DNA from: the human T2T-CHM13v2.0 reference genome, Homo sapiens
Direction: 5' to 3' (one strand)
Length of the DNA stretch: 64,000 nucleotides
Assembly (NCBI RefSeq): GCF_009914755.1
Contig: NC_060928.1
Under the pieces are notes generated by a model. The model was not told where the DNA came from. It saw nothing but the letters and a program-made list of their open reading frames with translations, and did no database searches. Within the stretch, counting starts at the first letter, position 1, and every line of letters begins with the position of its first letter. This document shows, in pieces, positions 34,561 through 49,178 of this stretch. A program made the translations under genes and the position numbers.

Positions 34561-35654
34561 CTCAAACTACTCCATTATATTTTACTACAATTTTCATTAC
34601 ATTTCTAGAGGAATAAGAATAGAACCATCTAGAAAAAAATCTTAGATGGATTTTATATTTAGAAATAACAGTGTGCAATTGAGAAACTAGATTACATTTC
34701 ACATACTTTTAGTATTGCTTAAGCATTGCTAAGAGTTTGGAATCCTTTGCTAAACATTTGCTTTATGTCTCAGCTGACACAAGTAGATGAGAAATAAACA
34801 ACACAAAGCAGCATTGTAGTACAAGCTCTGGACCCCAGACTTCCAAAGGAAAGTGATTTACCAACAGCTCATTAATGTAGCCCACCGTGGACCAGAATAT
34901 ATATAGTTGAATGGTTTCCATGCCACTGATGCTCATTTGGTTTCAGGGTATCAATCTGAACTATAATGAACCTGAAGTTAAAGTTGGACTGCTTCAGTAG
35001 CTCAACTCCAGTTGATTCAGAGTTATTCAGTGGTGCCTCTGTGGGGTCATGAACTGAATTAAACCCAAAGGCCTGAATTCCTTTGTTAACCCTGAAACCA
35101 CCCCAACTTCCTTATATTCCTTCAGATCAGTGAATTATCCAGAACAAAGTTTGACCTTCAAAGTTGTTTGGAACAAATCTGAGTTCAAAATTAAGCAGAA
35201 CCTTGCTACTTTTTTTTCTAACTTCTAATAGAATATGTTTGTATAGTCATTTGTTACTCATTCAGAAAACTAGGAAATATTTAACTTTTGTTCTCCCAAT
35301 TCCATTGCCATATTCCAAATACAAAAAATGTTATAATTCTAAGATTATCTCAATGAGGAAACAACGTTAGAATCTATTTAAGGATAAAGTCATATTCCAT
35401 GAAGAACATATATTACCTGTCATAAATTAGCTTTTGACAAAAGGAATTTAGGCCTGTGTTACCAAATACTCATTTATAAACACAGTAAAACATGAGTTTT
35501 GCAGAATATCTTTAGATTTCTATGGGGAAAAATCATTTCCTCTTCAGAAAAATACTGGCTAGAATTTACATGGAAAACTGCCCTTTTGAAACATTAGTAT
35601 ATTTGGATCCAGCATATGATATGAAGAAAATTATTATTTGAGAACTTTTAACAT

Positions 35655-36860
35655 TGAAGTGCCTGCCCAGTGGCTCAGACCTTACTCCTTTTCTCTTCTC
35701 TGTGTATACTCACATATCTACTCTCTGTATATACTCACTTTATTCTCTGTGTATACTCACTTTGTCTACTCTATGTGTGTACTCACTTATGTATTCTCTG
35801 TGTATACTCATTTATCTATTCTCATGTCCATAGACAGACAGTCATCACTCTCATTTTGTGGCCCTCCTGAATTGTACATTCAACTGTTCTTTCAACCTCT
35901 CCACTAGGATTTCCAACTAGACATGATCTCACCAACTCTACCCAAACATATTCATCTGTACTCTTTCCCATCTTACTCGATTGCAACTCTGTTCTTCCAG
36001 GTAAGTATGCCAAAACTCTTGGAATCATCTTTAACTCCTTACTTTTTCTCAAACCTCCATCCAAAGCATCAGCAAAATCTTTTGGCTCTATCTTCAAAAT
36101 ATATCCATAGTTGAACTGTTTGTCACCAAGTCCACTGCTATACCCTGATTCAAGCCACCATCTTCCATCTGCTCTTCCTGCTTCTATTCAAGTCCCACCA
36201 CAACCATCTAGTCTACACAGAGCAACCATCTTGATCCACTTAAAGATCATCTCACTTTTCAACTCTATCTACTGAAACCATGCAATGGCTCAACCAGGGT
36301 CATTTACCAAAGAAGTCAATGCAATGACCATGGCCTACAAGACCTACATTATCTACTTGTCCTCCCATTATCTCTTTGGTTATCTCTTTGGACATATCTT
36401 CTACCTCTCTCCCCACCTGGCCACATTGCTTCATCTTTTGCTATTTCTCAGAAACTCCAGACAGATTTCTGCTTTCAACTTTTGCACTAGCTATTTATTT
36501 TGTGGAAAATTCTTGCTCTAAATATCTAAATAGGTAGCATTATCACTTGTCTCAAGTCCTTCCCCAAATGCCACCTATTTTGTGAGGTCTAAGCTGATCA
36601 TTTATTAAAACTTCAAATCAAATTCCCCTGACACACCTCATTCCCATTACGCTGCTGCATTTTTCTTTACCATGCGTCTCCTTCTGAAACACCATGCAAT
36701 TTACTAATTTATTATATTTGTTGTGTTTTATTGGTCTCCCCACACTAGAAAGTAAGTTCCACAAGATGAGGAATTTTTATTTCTTTTTGTCTCTGGTATC
36801 TCCAGTGAGCTGAGGGCAGCGCTTTATACAAAATATGCATCTTGTTGAACAATTGAACAT
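35655..36860 (+). mobile_element. L2 (L2a-like) 3' portion
   Basis: caactgttc...tctccactaggat; ccaaaactcttggaatcatctttaactcct; ccccacactagaaagtaagttccacaag; tgttgaac end. Confidence 0.85.
35695..35823. repeat. Degenerate 22-26 bp minisatellite (tctctgtgtatactcac core, ~5 copies)
   Basis: Core repeats visible in tandem inside the L2. Confidence 0.85.
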
Positions 36861-37011
36861 ATAAACTATAAGACAGGAAATTTCTACCCATTCATTCAGC
36901 CAATATATTGAATGCCTACTGTGTGCCAGTCCGTGTACTAGCATTAGGATATAGTAGACAGAAGAGATACATGGTACCTACTCAAGGGGCTCACAGTCTG
37001 TTGGGAAGACC

Positions 37012-37205
37012 ATCAGATGCTCCAGTCCCTTATATAAAACAGCATAGTATTTTTATAAAACCTATGCACACCCTCCTGTCTACTTTAAATCATCTCGAGA
37101 TTACTTACAATACCTAATTCAATGTAAATGCTGTGTAAATAGTTTTTTCAAATAGTTTCCTTCTATGGTTGATTGAATCCATAGATGAGGAACCCAACGA
37201 ATATG
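37012..37205. mobile_element. MER2 (Tigger) DNA transposon fragment
   Basis: agtcccttatataaaa...ctttaaatcatctcgagattacttacaatacctaa...ggttgattgaatcca. Confidence 0.8.
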
Positions 37206-37375
37206 AAGTATGTGCAAAGTTTGTAAAGTGAGAAAGATTTTAAAATGACCAGAGTTTTTGGAGCATAATGAATGGATGGGAGAACAGAGCCAGACAAGGT
37301 TAAAGAAGTTAGCATGGACTAGATCATGCCCAGCTTTGTTGTCTGTGAGAGGGTTTTAAATTTATCCTAGGTGCA

Positions 37376-37377
37376 CA

Positions 37378-37411
<34 letters not shown>
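37376..37411. repeat. (CT)n(CA)n microsatellite
   Basis: ctctctctctcacacacacac... Confidence 0.95.
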
Positions 37412-38539
37412 AAGATGCTAAAGAGAGTTAAATGCAATAATGATGTGATGCCATTTTGGGATTTGCACTGTCATTCTGCCTATTGTATATGGAATGACGT
37501 TAAAAGAGAACAGAAGTAGAGGCAGGAAAACCAGTCAGAGTGCAATGACATTATTTTCACTGAGGGATGACAGGATGACATACAAATATGACCTGGGTGG
37601 TGACTGTTGAGAAGGAAACTTAAAGTATATTTTTAAATTAGGTGGTCAAGCTGGTGACGGATTAGATATAGAAACAGATATGATTTCCCAGTTTCTATCA
37701 TAAGCAAATGAATGGATAAGAAATAGGTATTAAGATAATAAATCACTAACTGACTTTATGGGAAGATTGGGATTAAGAAGCAAATGATGAAAAGAAAAAA
37801 TTAAGTCCATTGTTCAAATTTATTTAGGTTCACTTTTGTAATCATTCTATATTTTATATACTGTGCCCCAAATTGCCCTGGAAGGCTCTACAAGAATGCT
37901 CATGTCTCACAATTTTGTACAGAATGAACAAAGGGCTGGATATTTCCACGCATAGCAAATCTGTTACGTGGTGTCCATTATGACTAATTCTGAATATCAT
38001 ATTTTTTGTTTCTTATACCAGTGAATGTGTAGAGTCAGTCTTCCTCAATTCTCATATTAATGACCCCATTTTGGAAAAATTTAAATCTGCTTAATTCCCC
38101 TTTATTTCAACAGTGAGTTGTGATTTTCCTGGGCCTGGGTAGAGTAGGTGAGACCAGGTGAGGAACCAGGATTCGGCCAATAGCAAAGCTTGGGAAGGTA
38201 TGCAGATACCCTGAGTCCTGATAGAATAAAACCAAGAGCAGAATGTGGATGGTAAATGAATTGTCAAGATGCAAAGCCTAAGTATATAACAAGAGTATTC
38301 TAGAATTCCAAACTTGGCAATAGACACAATAAGAAACATTAATGCAAGTATACAGCTATGAAAAGTCCACACACAACAGAAAAGTCATAGGCAGAAGTGA
38401 TGTTCAAGAGTTCAGATGTATAGGAGTTCTGAGGTTTCCACCTCAAAGTTTAAGCCAGTTTTGGAAAAATAGATTGAGAAGAACACGGAGCTTGGGAAAC
38501 CAGTATTGCAAAGAGGTCCATACAATAAAGTAGACTGTC

Positions 38540-38743
38540 GGATGTGAGGGCGATTTGGCTGTGACATCTGTTACCCCACTGATCGCCAGGGTTGGTTCAG
38601 CTGATCTGGCTCCATTGGTGTCCCTCCTGAAGCTCACACTCAGCTGAAGAGGACCAACATCCCCAGTAGAGGAGGACCAGTCTTCAGGCAAGGGTATATG
38701 AGTAGCCGAGCTTCCCTGCTAGAACCTCCAAACAAGCTCTCAA
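38540..38743 (+). pseudogene. 7SK snRNA processed pseudogene, 3'-truncated with internal deletion (RN7SKP family)
   Basis: Begins at the 7SK 5' end ggatgtgagggcgat, ends ctagaacctccaaacaagctctcaa (~nt 239); flanked by tagactgtc/tagagtgtc. Confidence 0.95.
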
Positions 38744-40189
38744 TAGAGTGTCATTGCAGAGCAATTTCATCTGGTCTAGTTTTTAGTACTCTTTCTGGAT
38801 TACTGGCTGAGGATTAAGAAACATGGACCAGATGAAGTCAATTAAGTCCAAAGGCAAGAAAATATAGGAACTGTTGATTACAGTGGAGAATGGTTTCTTT
38901 GATGAGCTTTCACCTACATCCCCTTCCCACTCAAATGACTTTCTGTTGCCTATGTTCCACCATTAAGTTTGACAACCCACTGAGGGATTAGACTGATAAT
39001 TTAATGAAAGTCTTTTAGAGTTCTAAGACTGTACCAATTGAATATGTAATATCTTATTTGCTCTTTTTCTTACCTGTATTCATAAAAGTTAATCTCAAAG
39101 AACAACAACTTTGTTCTAGGCCTTAAAATAGTCATTAGTGAGAAACTGGTAAACATGTAATAAATCCTTCTATATTAAAAGAATAGCAAAACTGTAAGTT
39201 TCCATTTCAGATTCTAAATATCTATTTTTCTTGACTCTGCATGCTACTAAATCACAATATCTAAGGCACAGTACCATTAAAAAAAGTATCATATCTCAAA
39301 TAAGCTTGTATATATTTAAAACACCGCATTATCACTGTGCTAAACGAGATAAGATCTTTTTTTTTTCCGTATCTCTGGTTAGAAGTAGGCAGAATCTTCT
39401 GTGAATTCCAGAGAACATTACACAATACCAGATACCATGAGCATGCTCCAAAGCCAAGTGGGAATGATGTCTGGAATTTAGGGTCCTGCCAGTTTTGCAC
39501 ATCTTGAAGCAATATGGTTCACAGCAACGTAGAGGTTAGCTGTCACAATTCTCAAGTGCCAAATCAGTATGCAAACGAATATTGTTTTCACACATACTCC
39601 ATTCTGTCCCCAGTGTCTGAATAGAGCCCTTATGTATGCTGGGCATATTGTCAATGTGTATTCCTATGTTTCAGACATTGCTTGTAAGGTAGGAATACAT
39701 GTATTTTAATATAATAGTATTCCTGATTTTTTAAAATAATTTATATGCTCATTTGTTACAAGGGTATGAAATAATACTAAGATTAAGCAAAAGAATTAAG
39801 GTAAAGGAGAATCAATTAGAAGAGTAAGATAAAGCTAGGAATGAGTGCGGCACAGAATGCAAACCCCTGGAGCCCAGTACTCTGAAAGTTCTGAGGAGGG
39901 CCACAAACTTGGCTTTGGATTTTCTGAAAGCTCATGAGCATACAAGAGCATAATCAGTTGCATTACTGGTAGTATTCATAAAATAAAAACAAACAGTAAC
40001 CCAGATTAGGTCAACTATTCCTTGTACTGAGTCAGGAGGGACAATTTGCCCTTAAGTCCTCACAGACATCACACTGCATAATGCAGTAAGCCATGTTCCT
40101 GATAATATCCCCACAAGAATCACAGTCACAAGACTAAGAGCCCATCTCTCTCCACTTGGGCCCATTCCAATCTTTTCTCCATTCTCTAC

Positions 40190-40595
40190 TCAATACTATC
40201 ATTCTAAGCTAAAACCTAATGATGTTGCCCTGATTCTTAAATTCTGTAAGTGGTTTTCCATTGCTTTTGGAAACCCAAAATCCATAAGGTTACATATAAG
40301 GCTCCATATGTTCCAGTCCTGTATGCCTCTCCAAACTGCATTAGAATGGACTCCTCAGTTGAAGTTGTGTTTCTTTTTCATGGACTCTCAGAGAACCAGG
40401 TATCTTTGCTCCAGAATAGTCATTTAAGTTCATAATTCTACATTCACTGGTGTGATTACTTAAGTAATGTCTGCTTCTATACCATTAGCTCCAGGAGACT
40501 TAATTCCTTGTCTACTTTTGTTTACAGTTATTTTTGCCATCAACAAGCATATTTCTGACTCAATAAAAACGTGAATGAATCAATAGATGAATAAA
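40190..40595 (+). mobile_element. Degenerate L2 3' end
   Basis: tgtctacttttgttta...caataaaaacgtgaatgaatcaatagatgaat. Confidence 0.55.
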
Positions 40596-41928
40596 AAAAT
40601 GCAAGAAGTGAATTTTTTATTCTTTAAAACCAAGGAATAGTATCAAATAAAAGTGCAGTTTGGTGTGGGGAGTTACAATTAAAGGCAATTCAAACACATC
40701 ATTCTATGATTTCCTACCTTGAGGATAGATTTTAGTACTGTCAAACCATCCTCTGGAACTATTTTAATCTTGACCAAATTTTAATAAGTATTGAGCAACT
40801 GGGAGTTTAGAATATATTTTTCACATGTACCTATTAATTATAGAATATTCTATTCTGACAATCACCCATTCTGGATAACATCCAGGACTCTAGATTGACT
40901 CATTGAGACACATCTCTATGTAAAGCCACTTTGATGTAAATGTCCCATCTGTAACACGGAGGTGGGGTGTGTAGAGTGAAATTAAGTTTCCCTGAAAAAG
41001 AACCTATGAGGTTATGTGTCTAAAGTTATTTAAGAAGATAACACATACAGGCAATAACAAGCAGTAATTATTCAAACGACAGAAGTCCACTTCCAGCCAC
41101 ATTGTTGCAATTCCTTTTAGAAGTAAGGTTTTATCCATTGAAAATCTCAATTTATATTAATTGAAGTATGTGTTACAGAAATCTAATGGGAAAGTTAACA
41201 TTGATACTTTTTCACTAACTGAAAATTTACCCCAAAATTATAGTCCCATATTTGGTTTCAACCACAAAAATGCCTTTTCCTGGAAAGCCCATCAACTTTT
41301 CTCAAGTGTTTGTGAATTATTATTATTATAAGAAAAAAATGTTAACATTTGTAACATTTTGCCAGTCTTGGAGGCTTGAGAAAACTCCAAAAACATTTGC
41401 AATCATTTTGAGTTAATTTAAAAAGTCAAGATAAGGCTCAAAAAAAGAAGAAAGTACTTCATGCACTGCACACAGTAGGGATTCAATGAAAGAATTCTGA
41501 GGTTAATTGAATGACTGTGTGCTGTTTTTTAATGTTATATTGTAGAGAAATTAAAGATATCTTAACATATGAAGTATAATAGAGTTAGCAAAATGTTAAT
41601 ACCTTACAATGAACTACATAAACTCACATTAGAGAGAGAAATCTATCTACAAAATGTAACTTCATTACAGATTATCAAGGTTTCTGCATGATTCTATAAA
41701 ACAAGAGGAAAAATTAGTATTATATTATCACAAGCTTTCTGATGAAAAATGAGGTATAGATAGAGAATAAAAAGAAAAGAAGAGGCAATAGAAAAAATGT
41801 TTAAGATGAATTTGACTTTTGCCAAGAGCTAAAAATGGAGACACACAAACTTCCTGTGTTCTTTTTACTGTGTTTACATGCAATAGAGCCACTTTAGAAA
41901 TGTTTACCTCTCCAGTGTGGATTTTGTA

Positions 41929-41999
41929 AGGGAAAGAAAAGGAAGGGAAGGGAGGGAAGGGAGGAAAGAAAAGAAAGAAAGGAAAGAAAGAAAGAAAAG

Positions 42000-42062
<63 letters not shown>

Positions 42063-42102
42063 GAAAGAAAGAGAAAGAAAGAAAGAGAAAGAAAGAAAGA
42101 AA

Positions 42103-42142
<40 letters not shown>

Positions 42143-42158
42143 GAAAGAAAGAAAGGAA
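41929..42158. repeat. (GAAA)n / polypurine tract, ~230 bp
   Basis: Uninterrupted A/G-only sequence. Confidence 0.97.
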
Positions 42159-42257
42159 GTTTCCCTTGCCTGTGTTGTCTTCTTGTTTACTCTGTACCTT
42201 TTGTATCTGTCTCTGCCTATATTCCTAAGAATCGTGATCTTTCTCCCTCAAACTAAT

Positions 42258-42329
42258 AGACAGTGGATAGGAAAGGAGATCTCAAGGGTGCCCAGACAGT
42301 GGATAGGGAAGGAGAGCTCAAGGGTGCCC
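42258..42329. repeat. 36-bp tandem duplication (2 mismatches)
   Basis: agacagtggatagg(a/g)aaggaga(t/g)ctcaagggtgccc occurs twice. Confidence 0.95.
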
Positions 42330-42374
42330 AGAGTCCTGCTCTGCAACTCAACTCTGTTGCCTGTGTGCCAGAAA

Positions 42375-42836
42375 CTGTGCATTACTCTTCTTGCAAGTTA
42401 ACAAGCTAGCCTGTTATTGTTTCATAGATGCTAGCAGAAGGCATGAGACTCCTGAGCCAGTAACAAAAGATTTGTATTACTCAATGCAAAAGCATTTGTC
42501 AGAGCTTCATGCTGGTTTGCACTGGTTTCTTTCTCCCCTCCACCTCTGCCCCATTCTATAGAACAATACCTAGGCTCATACCTTCCCTAATCAATGATCA
42601 TCCCCAGCTCAAGAAACAGTCAGTGAGCTGCATTCCAAAACGGGAACGCTGTACTTTTCTAGTAAGAGGAGGCAAGCCTGCTCTATAGATGGAGGGAGAA
42701 ATTCTCTCATTCCTCAAAGCTGCTCATTACAAATACCACCATGAGAGATGGTCCAGGTAGAGAGTAGCCAGGACCTTGCATTCCTTGCAGACTCATTCAG
42801 AGACACTCAGGGTCAAGGGAGATCATGCACCCAACA
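42375..42836 (-). mobile_element. Old ERVL-type LTR (LTR40/41-like, subfamily uncertain)
   Basis: gatgctagcagaaggcatgagactcctgagccag...tattactca; ends cccaaca. Confidence 0.5.
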
Positions 42837-42896
42837 CTGTGACTAAGTCCCAGTCCTTCTATCAACATGGCTAAGCCACCCTTCAGGTCCTACCTC

Positions 42897-43095
42897 AGGC
42901 TCTGAATCCACACTGCCTGGGTGTGAATCCCAGTATCACCACTTATTAACTGTGTGACATCGTGCAAGGTACTTAACCACTTTGTGGTTTGGTTTCTCTG
43001 TCAATAAGTGGGATCATAATAAAGCCACATCCTAGGATTAAATGAGTTAATGCATATATTGCATTTAGAACAGTGCCTGACCATAGTAAGCGATC
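42897..43095 (+). mobile_element. MIR
   Basis: tgaatcccag...ctgtgtgac...aggattaaatgagttaat...agaacagtgcctgaccatagtaag. Confidence 0.85.
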
Positions 43096-43340
43096 TTTCT
43101 GTTTCAGTTCTAATTTTGATTACCATTTTCCAGTTATCTTTTGGATAACTTCATATTTTCTCATTTAAATTCCTCAATTGGGGTTTCATGAGAAAATTAA
43201 ATTCTAATGGCCAAAGACGTACATTGTAAGCAATGACTTAATTTCTCATGTATACATCTACAATGGTACTAAGCTTCATACCATCCTTGGAAGAACTAAG
43301 AACATAGTGACTTGAATTGCTTTCACTGTTCTATACTTCA

Positions 43341-43675
<335 letters not shown>

Positions 43676-43819
43676 GACAATTATCTTTTGCCACTAATGG
43701 AGAGAGCATTTCACTTCGGGTTATATCATATGTCATTGGCCAGCCGTGGGGCTCATATCTTCCCTAATCAATGACCATCCCCAGCTCAAGAAACAGTCAG
43801 TGCTATTTGCCCCAGCAGT

Positions 43820-43905
43820 CTATCTTGTTCACCAATGTGCTGCTAGGGCCTAGCACCAAGTCTGATACCAGTAGATACAGAAAAGTGATTTATTGAATCA
43901 ATCAG
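43820..43905 (+). mobile_element. L2 3' fragment
   Basis: tcttgttcacc...gggcctagcac...ttattgaatcaat. Confidence 0.55.
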
Positions 43906-44756
43906 TGAAGGGTATAGCAAGGACCATCACTGCTAGTTTATCCCTCCTCCCCAACTCTATCTTTACTTGGGCTTGACTAATTATAACATGAATGATTTTA
44001 AAGGACAGCTCATTTCTCTATTTGGTTTTGGTCTGCAAAAAGTAAAATAGAGAGCTTGGGAAGTTATGTGAGAACACACGTGTTCCCTAAGATAAAAATT
44101 TTATAATACTCTTTGCTAATTTTTGCAACATGGCAAAATTAAGGTAGTTTAGACATATCTGTAAGATTATGAGAAATGTTCTAGGTGTATTGCTTTCTGA
44201 TGACAAAAATGAGAAAACCTAGGGAAACACAGAGTTGACAGATCCTAGATGATTTTCTTTTAATACATTATGTCTCAAATAGAATTTCAGGAAGTCCTGG
44301 TTCGTATTCAATTCAGGTTTACATATTCTGACATGAGATCCATGTGCTTAAATATGAGGCTGTCAGAAGGCAGAATTATATCTATTGTATGTGGTTTGGC
44401 ACTTGACAAATTACTGGTCCTGGGAGCCGTCCCACTTCCATATGAGGCTGACCACAGGCTGCTTGAAAATAAAATATTTTCTCAAAAAGGATCTTTTTAA
44501 AATATTTGAACTCTGGCAAACAACAATTGTGAGCCTCACATTCTGATTTATATAAGGAATAATAAATTATGGCTTGAAAAACGTTAGGACATTTTGTATC
44601 AACAATTTTTGCAGATAATATATTCAAATTCTTAAGCAAATCAAAACAAAGAACTCTTAGCATTTGTGAGCTCAGTGCTGAGCGAGTGGGCATGTGGAAA
44701 GTTCAGTGTATATGATCTGCCTTCAAGAAACTTCGAAATTCTAAATTGTGTTCTCA

Positions 44757-45150
<394 letters not shown>

Positions 45151-45518
45151 TCAGATGTTTCAAAATAGCCAAATAAGTTGCTCCTTAATGTTATTTTGGA
45201 ATTTTATTTAATTCCTATGTAATTTAATTGTACACCCAAACTATGTTTCTTTCAGTACATTTCTGAAATTAGTTATGATAATTTTATGATTTTTTTTCAC
45301 AAGTTAATTTTAATTTTCCAAGTCCCTATAAAGTCTCGAACTGTTTTGGCTTGATTGTCATCTTTTAAATTACTTTATATAGATACATACTGCAAACTAA
45401 AACTGAACTGCCATATGATTGAACTTTTCTCCTACCTGGAAATGCCCCCTGACCAAAAACATTGTCCTATCAGTGTGCTTGTATATAACTAAAAGGTCCA
45501 TTACATACCAGTACTTAA

Positions 45519-45937
<419 letters not shown>

Positions 45938-48147
45938 TTAAAAAAGAAGAATGTGAGCTTCTAAATGCTATAGGTAGGAGGCCCCACTACAAAGCCCTCT
46001 CTAGATGTGGCAAATGGAATTTCCATGGCCCAACTGCCTTCATTCACACTGTTACTACCATAGTCACTTCCAACCAGTAGAAAGATAGTGTTACCTTATT
46101 TGTTGCTAAAAGTTCTCATAAGCTCATTTATATGCATATTTCAATTCAACATAAAAACACAAACAATAAAAACATAAAGACAGCAATCTGCATTGCACTC
46201 CTAAATCTGCTCTTCTTTTCTAGAGTGTATTAAAAATTTGAGTGGGATTAAAATGTAAAGATTATTTATCCCATTGTCTTTCAAATAAGGAAATTTAAAC
46301 TAACAAATATTGTAACTTGCCCAAGATTAAAACCAGAAATAGATTAAAATGCATTTGTTAAATTAATAAAAAAGCAAGGTGATGTGTATTCGCCAGATTG
46401 TTCACTTTTCCTGATATTTAAATATTGTGAACTTCAAAGTACATTTCTTTGACACTTTTCAAAATATAATAGTTTTTCCAAGAGGTTACTAATACATTAG
46501 ACTATCTGACATCCTGCCTCCCTCCTCCTCCCTCCCTCCCTCCCTTCTTCCAACAATGAGCTGTGAAAATATCGCAGGCACTGCATTTGTCACTAGAAAT
46601 TAACCAAAAAAGGCAGGGGGTAAGAAATATTTTGGGCCTCAAAAAGAGAGCAGGCAGATATCCAAAGTGCTAAGATTTTCTGCACTAAAAGGTAAAGTTG
46701 CAATTAATTTTCTCTATCACACAAATTTTATAGGTTCTTCGATTCAAAAGGAAATTATACATCAAGGTAGGTTCTTTCCTTTTACTATATATGGTAGTTG
46801 GTTTTTACTGCAAAAAAATTAATATGAAAGTAGAAGAGTAATGGAAAACACTTTATAGCTGACTTTGCACAGCCATTATATCACAATTTGATTAATGCAC
46901 CTAGTTAACATTTAACTGTCTTAAGAGAAATATTTTTCTTGTTTACAGCACACATTTTTTCCTTCCCCAAGCTTAATTTAATGGGAAAACTCCCACTGAT
47001 ATAATTGTTAATGCTTGAGAATTTTTGTTTCTGTTCACAAAGCATGATATACATTTTTATGTGCCATGTACTATATGTGTTGAAGCAGCAATAACATTTC
47101 TCATAGCCTTGCAAAAATAAAACCTAAACTACTGTGGTGATTTCAACAGCAAAAAATCCTAGATTTAATTAATAGCAAAGAGCTACTCTTCCAAAGATTA
47201 AGTGAAGATTTTTATTTAAATCCAACTCAGCAAAGAAAATTGGGTTCTTAATTGTTATTCGGTATCTGTCTTGTAGATTCAAAATGACTTCATTTTATTA
47301 TCTGGTAGCAAAATTTTACTAAAAGCAATTTTCTGATTGACTTGCATTCTGACATATGAATCATTAAAAAATAAAAGTTAATTAATCAGACTTTATTGTA
47401 ACCAGCACTCTGCACATTGCAATCTCTAACAGCAACATCTATGTGTGAAGATGGTTCCTGCAGACTATTCTAAATAGGTTATCTGGATTCAGCTTGGAGT
47501 TAAATATGCATAAGGAGCACACTACTTAATCAGAAATAAAGATTTCTTTTTGTAATTAAAACAAAGATTTAGAATGGATGAAAATGTTCTTCACAAACTC
47601 AAATTTATGAATTATAATTGCCCCAAAAAGGATTTATTTCTCGAGACATAGCTGCAGACTTTATCGTCCTAGGAACACTGTCAATTCATTTTAAAAATTC
47701 ACACCTGCTATCAACTGAAATTAACTCATATTTACTAAGTACCTTTTTATATAAGGTTTTCTTTTTGTCCTCAGAAGATACAACCTGAATTAATGTTAAT
47801 ATATGTTCTTGGTAGGATGCATAGGTTTCTGCAGATATGTATTTCAAAGTTTCATCAAACATTTTTTTCCTTTGTTCCCAAGTTTTTTATTTAGAATATA
47901 TCTCAGAAAAATGAAATTATAGTTGAGAATGAATTGATATTATTTCCATGGGGATAAGACAATTACATAGCACATCTGAATCACTAAGTCCTTAAATTTT
48001 TTATTTAGAATGAGGTGATACATTAGCCAATTGATAGTATATATAACTTTGATCTATATGTTTACATTAGATAAAATATATTCGCAAATTGAGTTAAGTG
48101 ACAAATGTAATTGCTACCATTTACAATAAAGTAGACATGTTAGATAT

Positions 48148-48245
48148 CTTCCTTATCTAATTTTATTTCTAACTTCATAGTTAAAATTTGTGAGCCCTTC
48201 CTTATCTAATTTTATTTCTAACTTCATAGTTAAAATTTGTGAGCC
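48148..48245. repeat. Perfect 49-bp tandem duplication
   Basis: cttccttatctaattttatttctaacttcatagttaaaatttgtgagcc at 48148-48196 and 48197-48245. Confidence 0.97.
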
Positions 48246-48744
48246 AGAAAGTGGAGACACCAAGGTTAATGATTAATCTCTCCAGTACTAAACTAATTCT
48301 GTTGTTAACAGGGTGAACTTGGAAACATCCTAGTAGGAAACACCACTGCTTGTGAAAGGAAGAACAGACCTGAGTAAACATGTGGAGATGAAAGTGTGTT
48401 TTTTTGCTTTCTTAGAGGTGAATCCATAAGCTCCACAAGCCCTTGTGTAGCTTGTCGAAGGCTTTTCAGAGTATGCCACAACCAAGTTGCTGAGTGCTGA
48501 GTAATTACAGGGAGTGCAATATAACCATGTAAGGAAGATGTTGGAAGGCATCGTGGACACAGAGAAGCATTTCCTGGCTAGGAGTGGTGGGGTGCGAGAG
48601 TCAGGAGTGAGGCTGAAATTAGCATTATTAACTCAAAGTTGGATGACTGGTGATTAGGGAGTAGGTTAAAAAGCCAGTTTTATTGTTAAGGATGATCTCT
48701 AAAGATGGACACTGAGATACTCGAGGAGGAAAGAAAAGAGCTTC

Positions 48745-49178
48745 TATCGGAGGATTGTGAGCCCTTTCAAATTATTAGGCCCAGAGAGACATTAAACTGA
48801 GACAGCAGTCACATCCTACTCCCCACTGTCAGCTATGTATTCATCTATTGAAACTGCTTGCCATTGCCACAGATAGAGATGCATTAACCTAATAATGCTC
48901 CCGGGACACTATGTCCCACACCCCATAGCTTAACAATGCATAGCCAATCAAGACTCAGTGTGATTTCTTCAAACCAATGAGCATTCCTGACAGAACTTTG
49001 TATCAGCTAACTCCCTATCCCTTTATTAGAATTAAAAACCTGCCTATAATAAAAGCCAAATAGAGCTCACATCCAAGGTTACTTGGGGCTGAGTTTTCCA
49101 GGCAGCTGTCCTCACTTTGGCTCAAGTAAACTATTTAAATCACATTTTGTGCTTCAGGCTCTTCCTTTTAGGTCAACA
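48745..49178 (+). mobile_element. ERV1-class solo LTR (subfamily not resolved)
   Basis: Two CCAAT boxes (agccaatc, aaccaatg), tataataaaa, agtaaa polyA-like signal, ends ttttaggtcaaca. Confidence 0.65.

Larger units (their letters stand above)
36888..37730 (-). mobile_element. L2 fragments (interrupted by MER2)
   Basis: cattcattcagccaatatattgaatgcctactgtgtgccag...gctcacagtct. Confidence 0.7.

Noticed and set aside
41917-42228. 103-aa K/E/R-rich ORF
   Set aside because: Translation of the (GAAA)n microsatellite
47755-47820. Possible small + strand exon (tttttgtcctcag ... ttg/gtagg)
   Set aside because: Such splice-like motifs arise by chance in AT-rich DNA; no supporting frame or neighbouring exons
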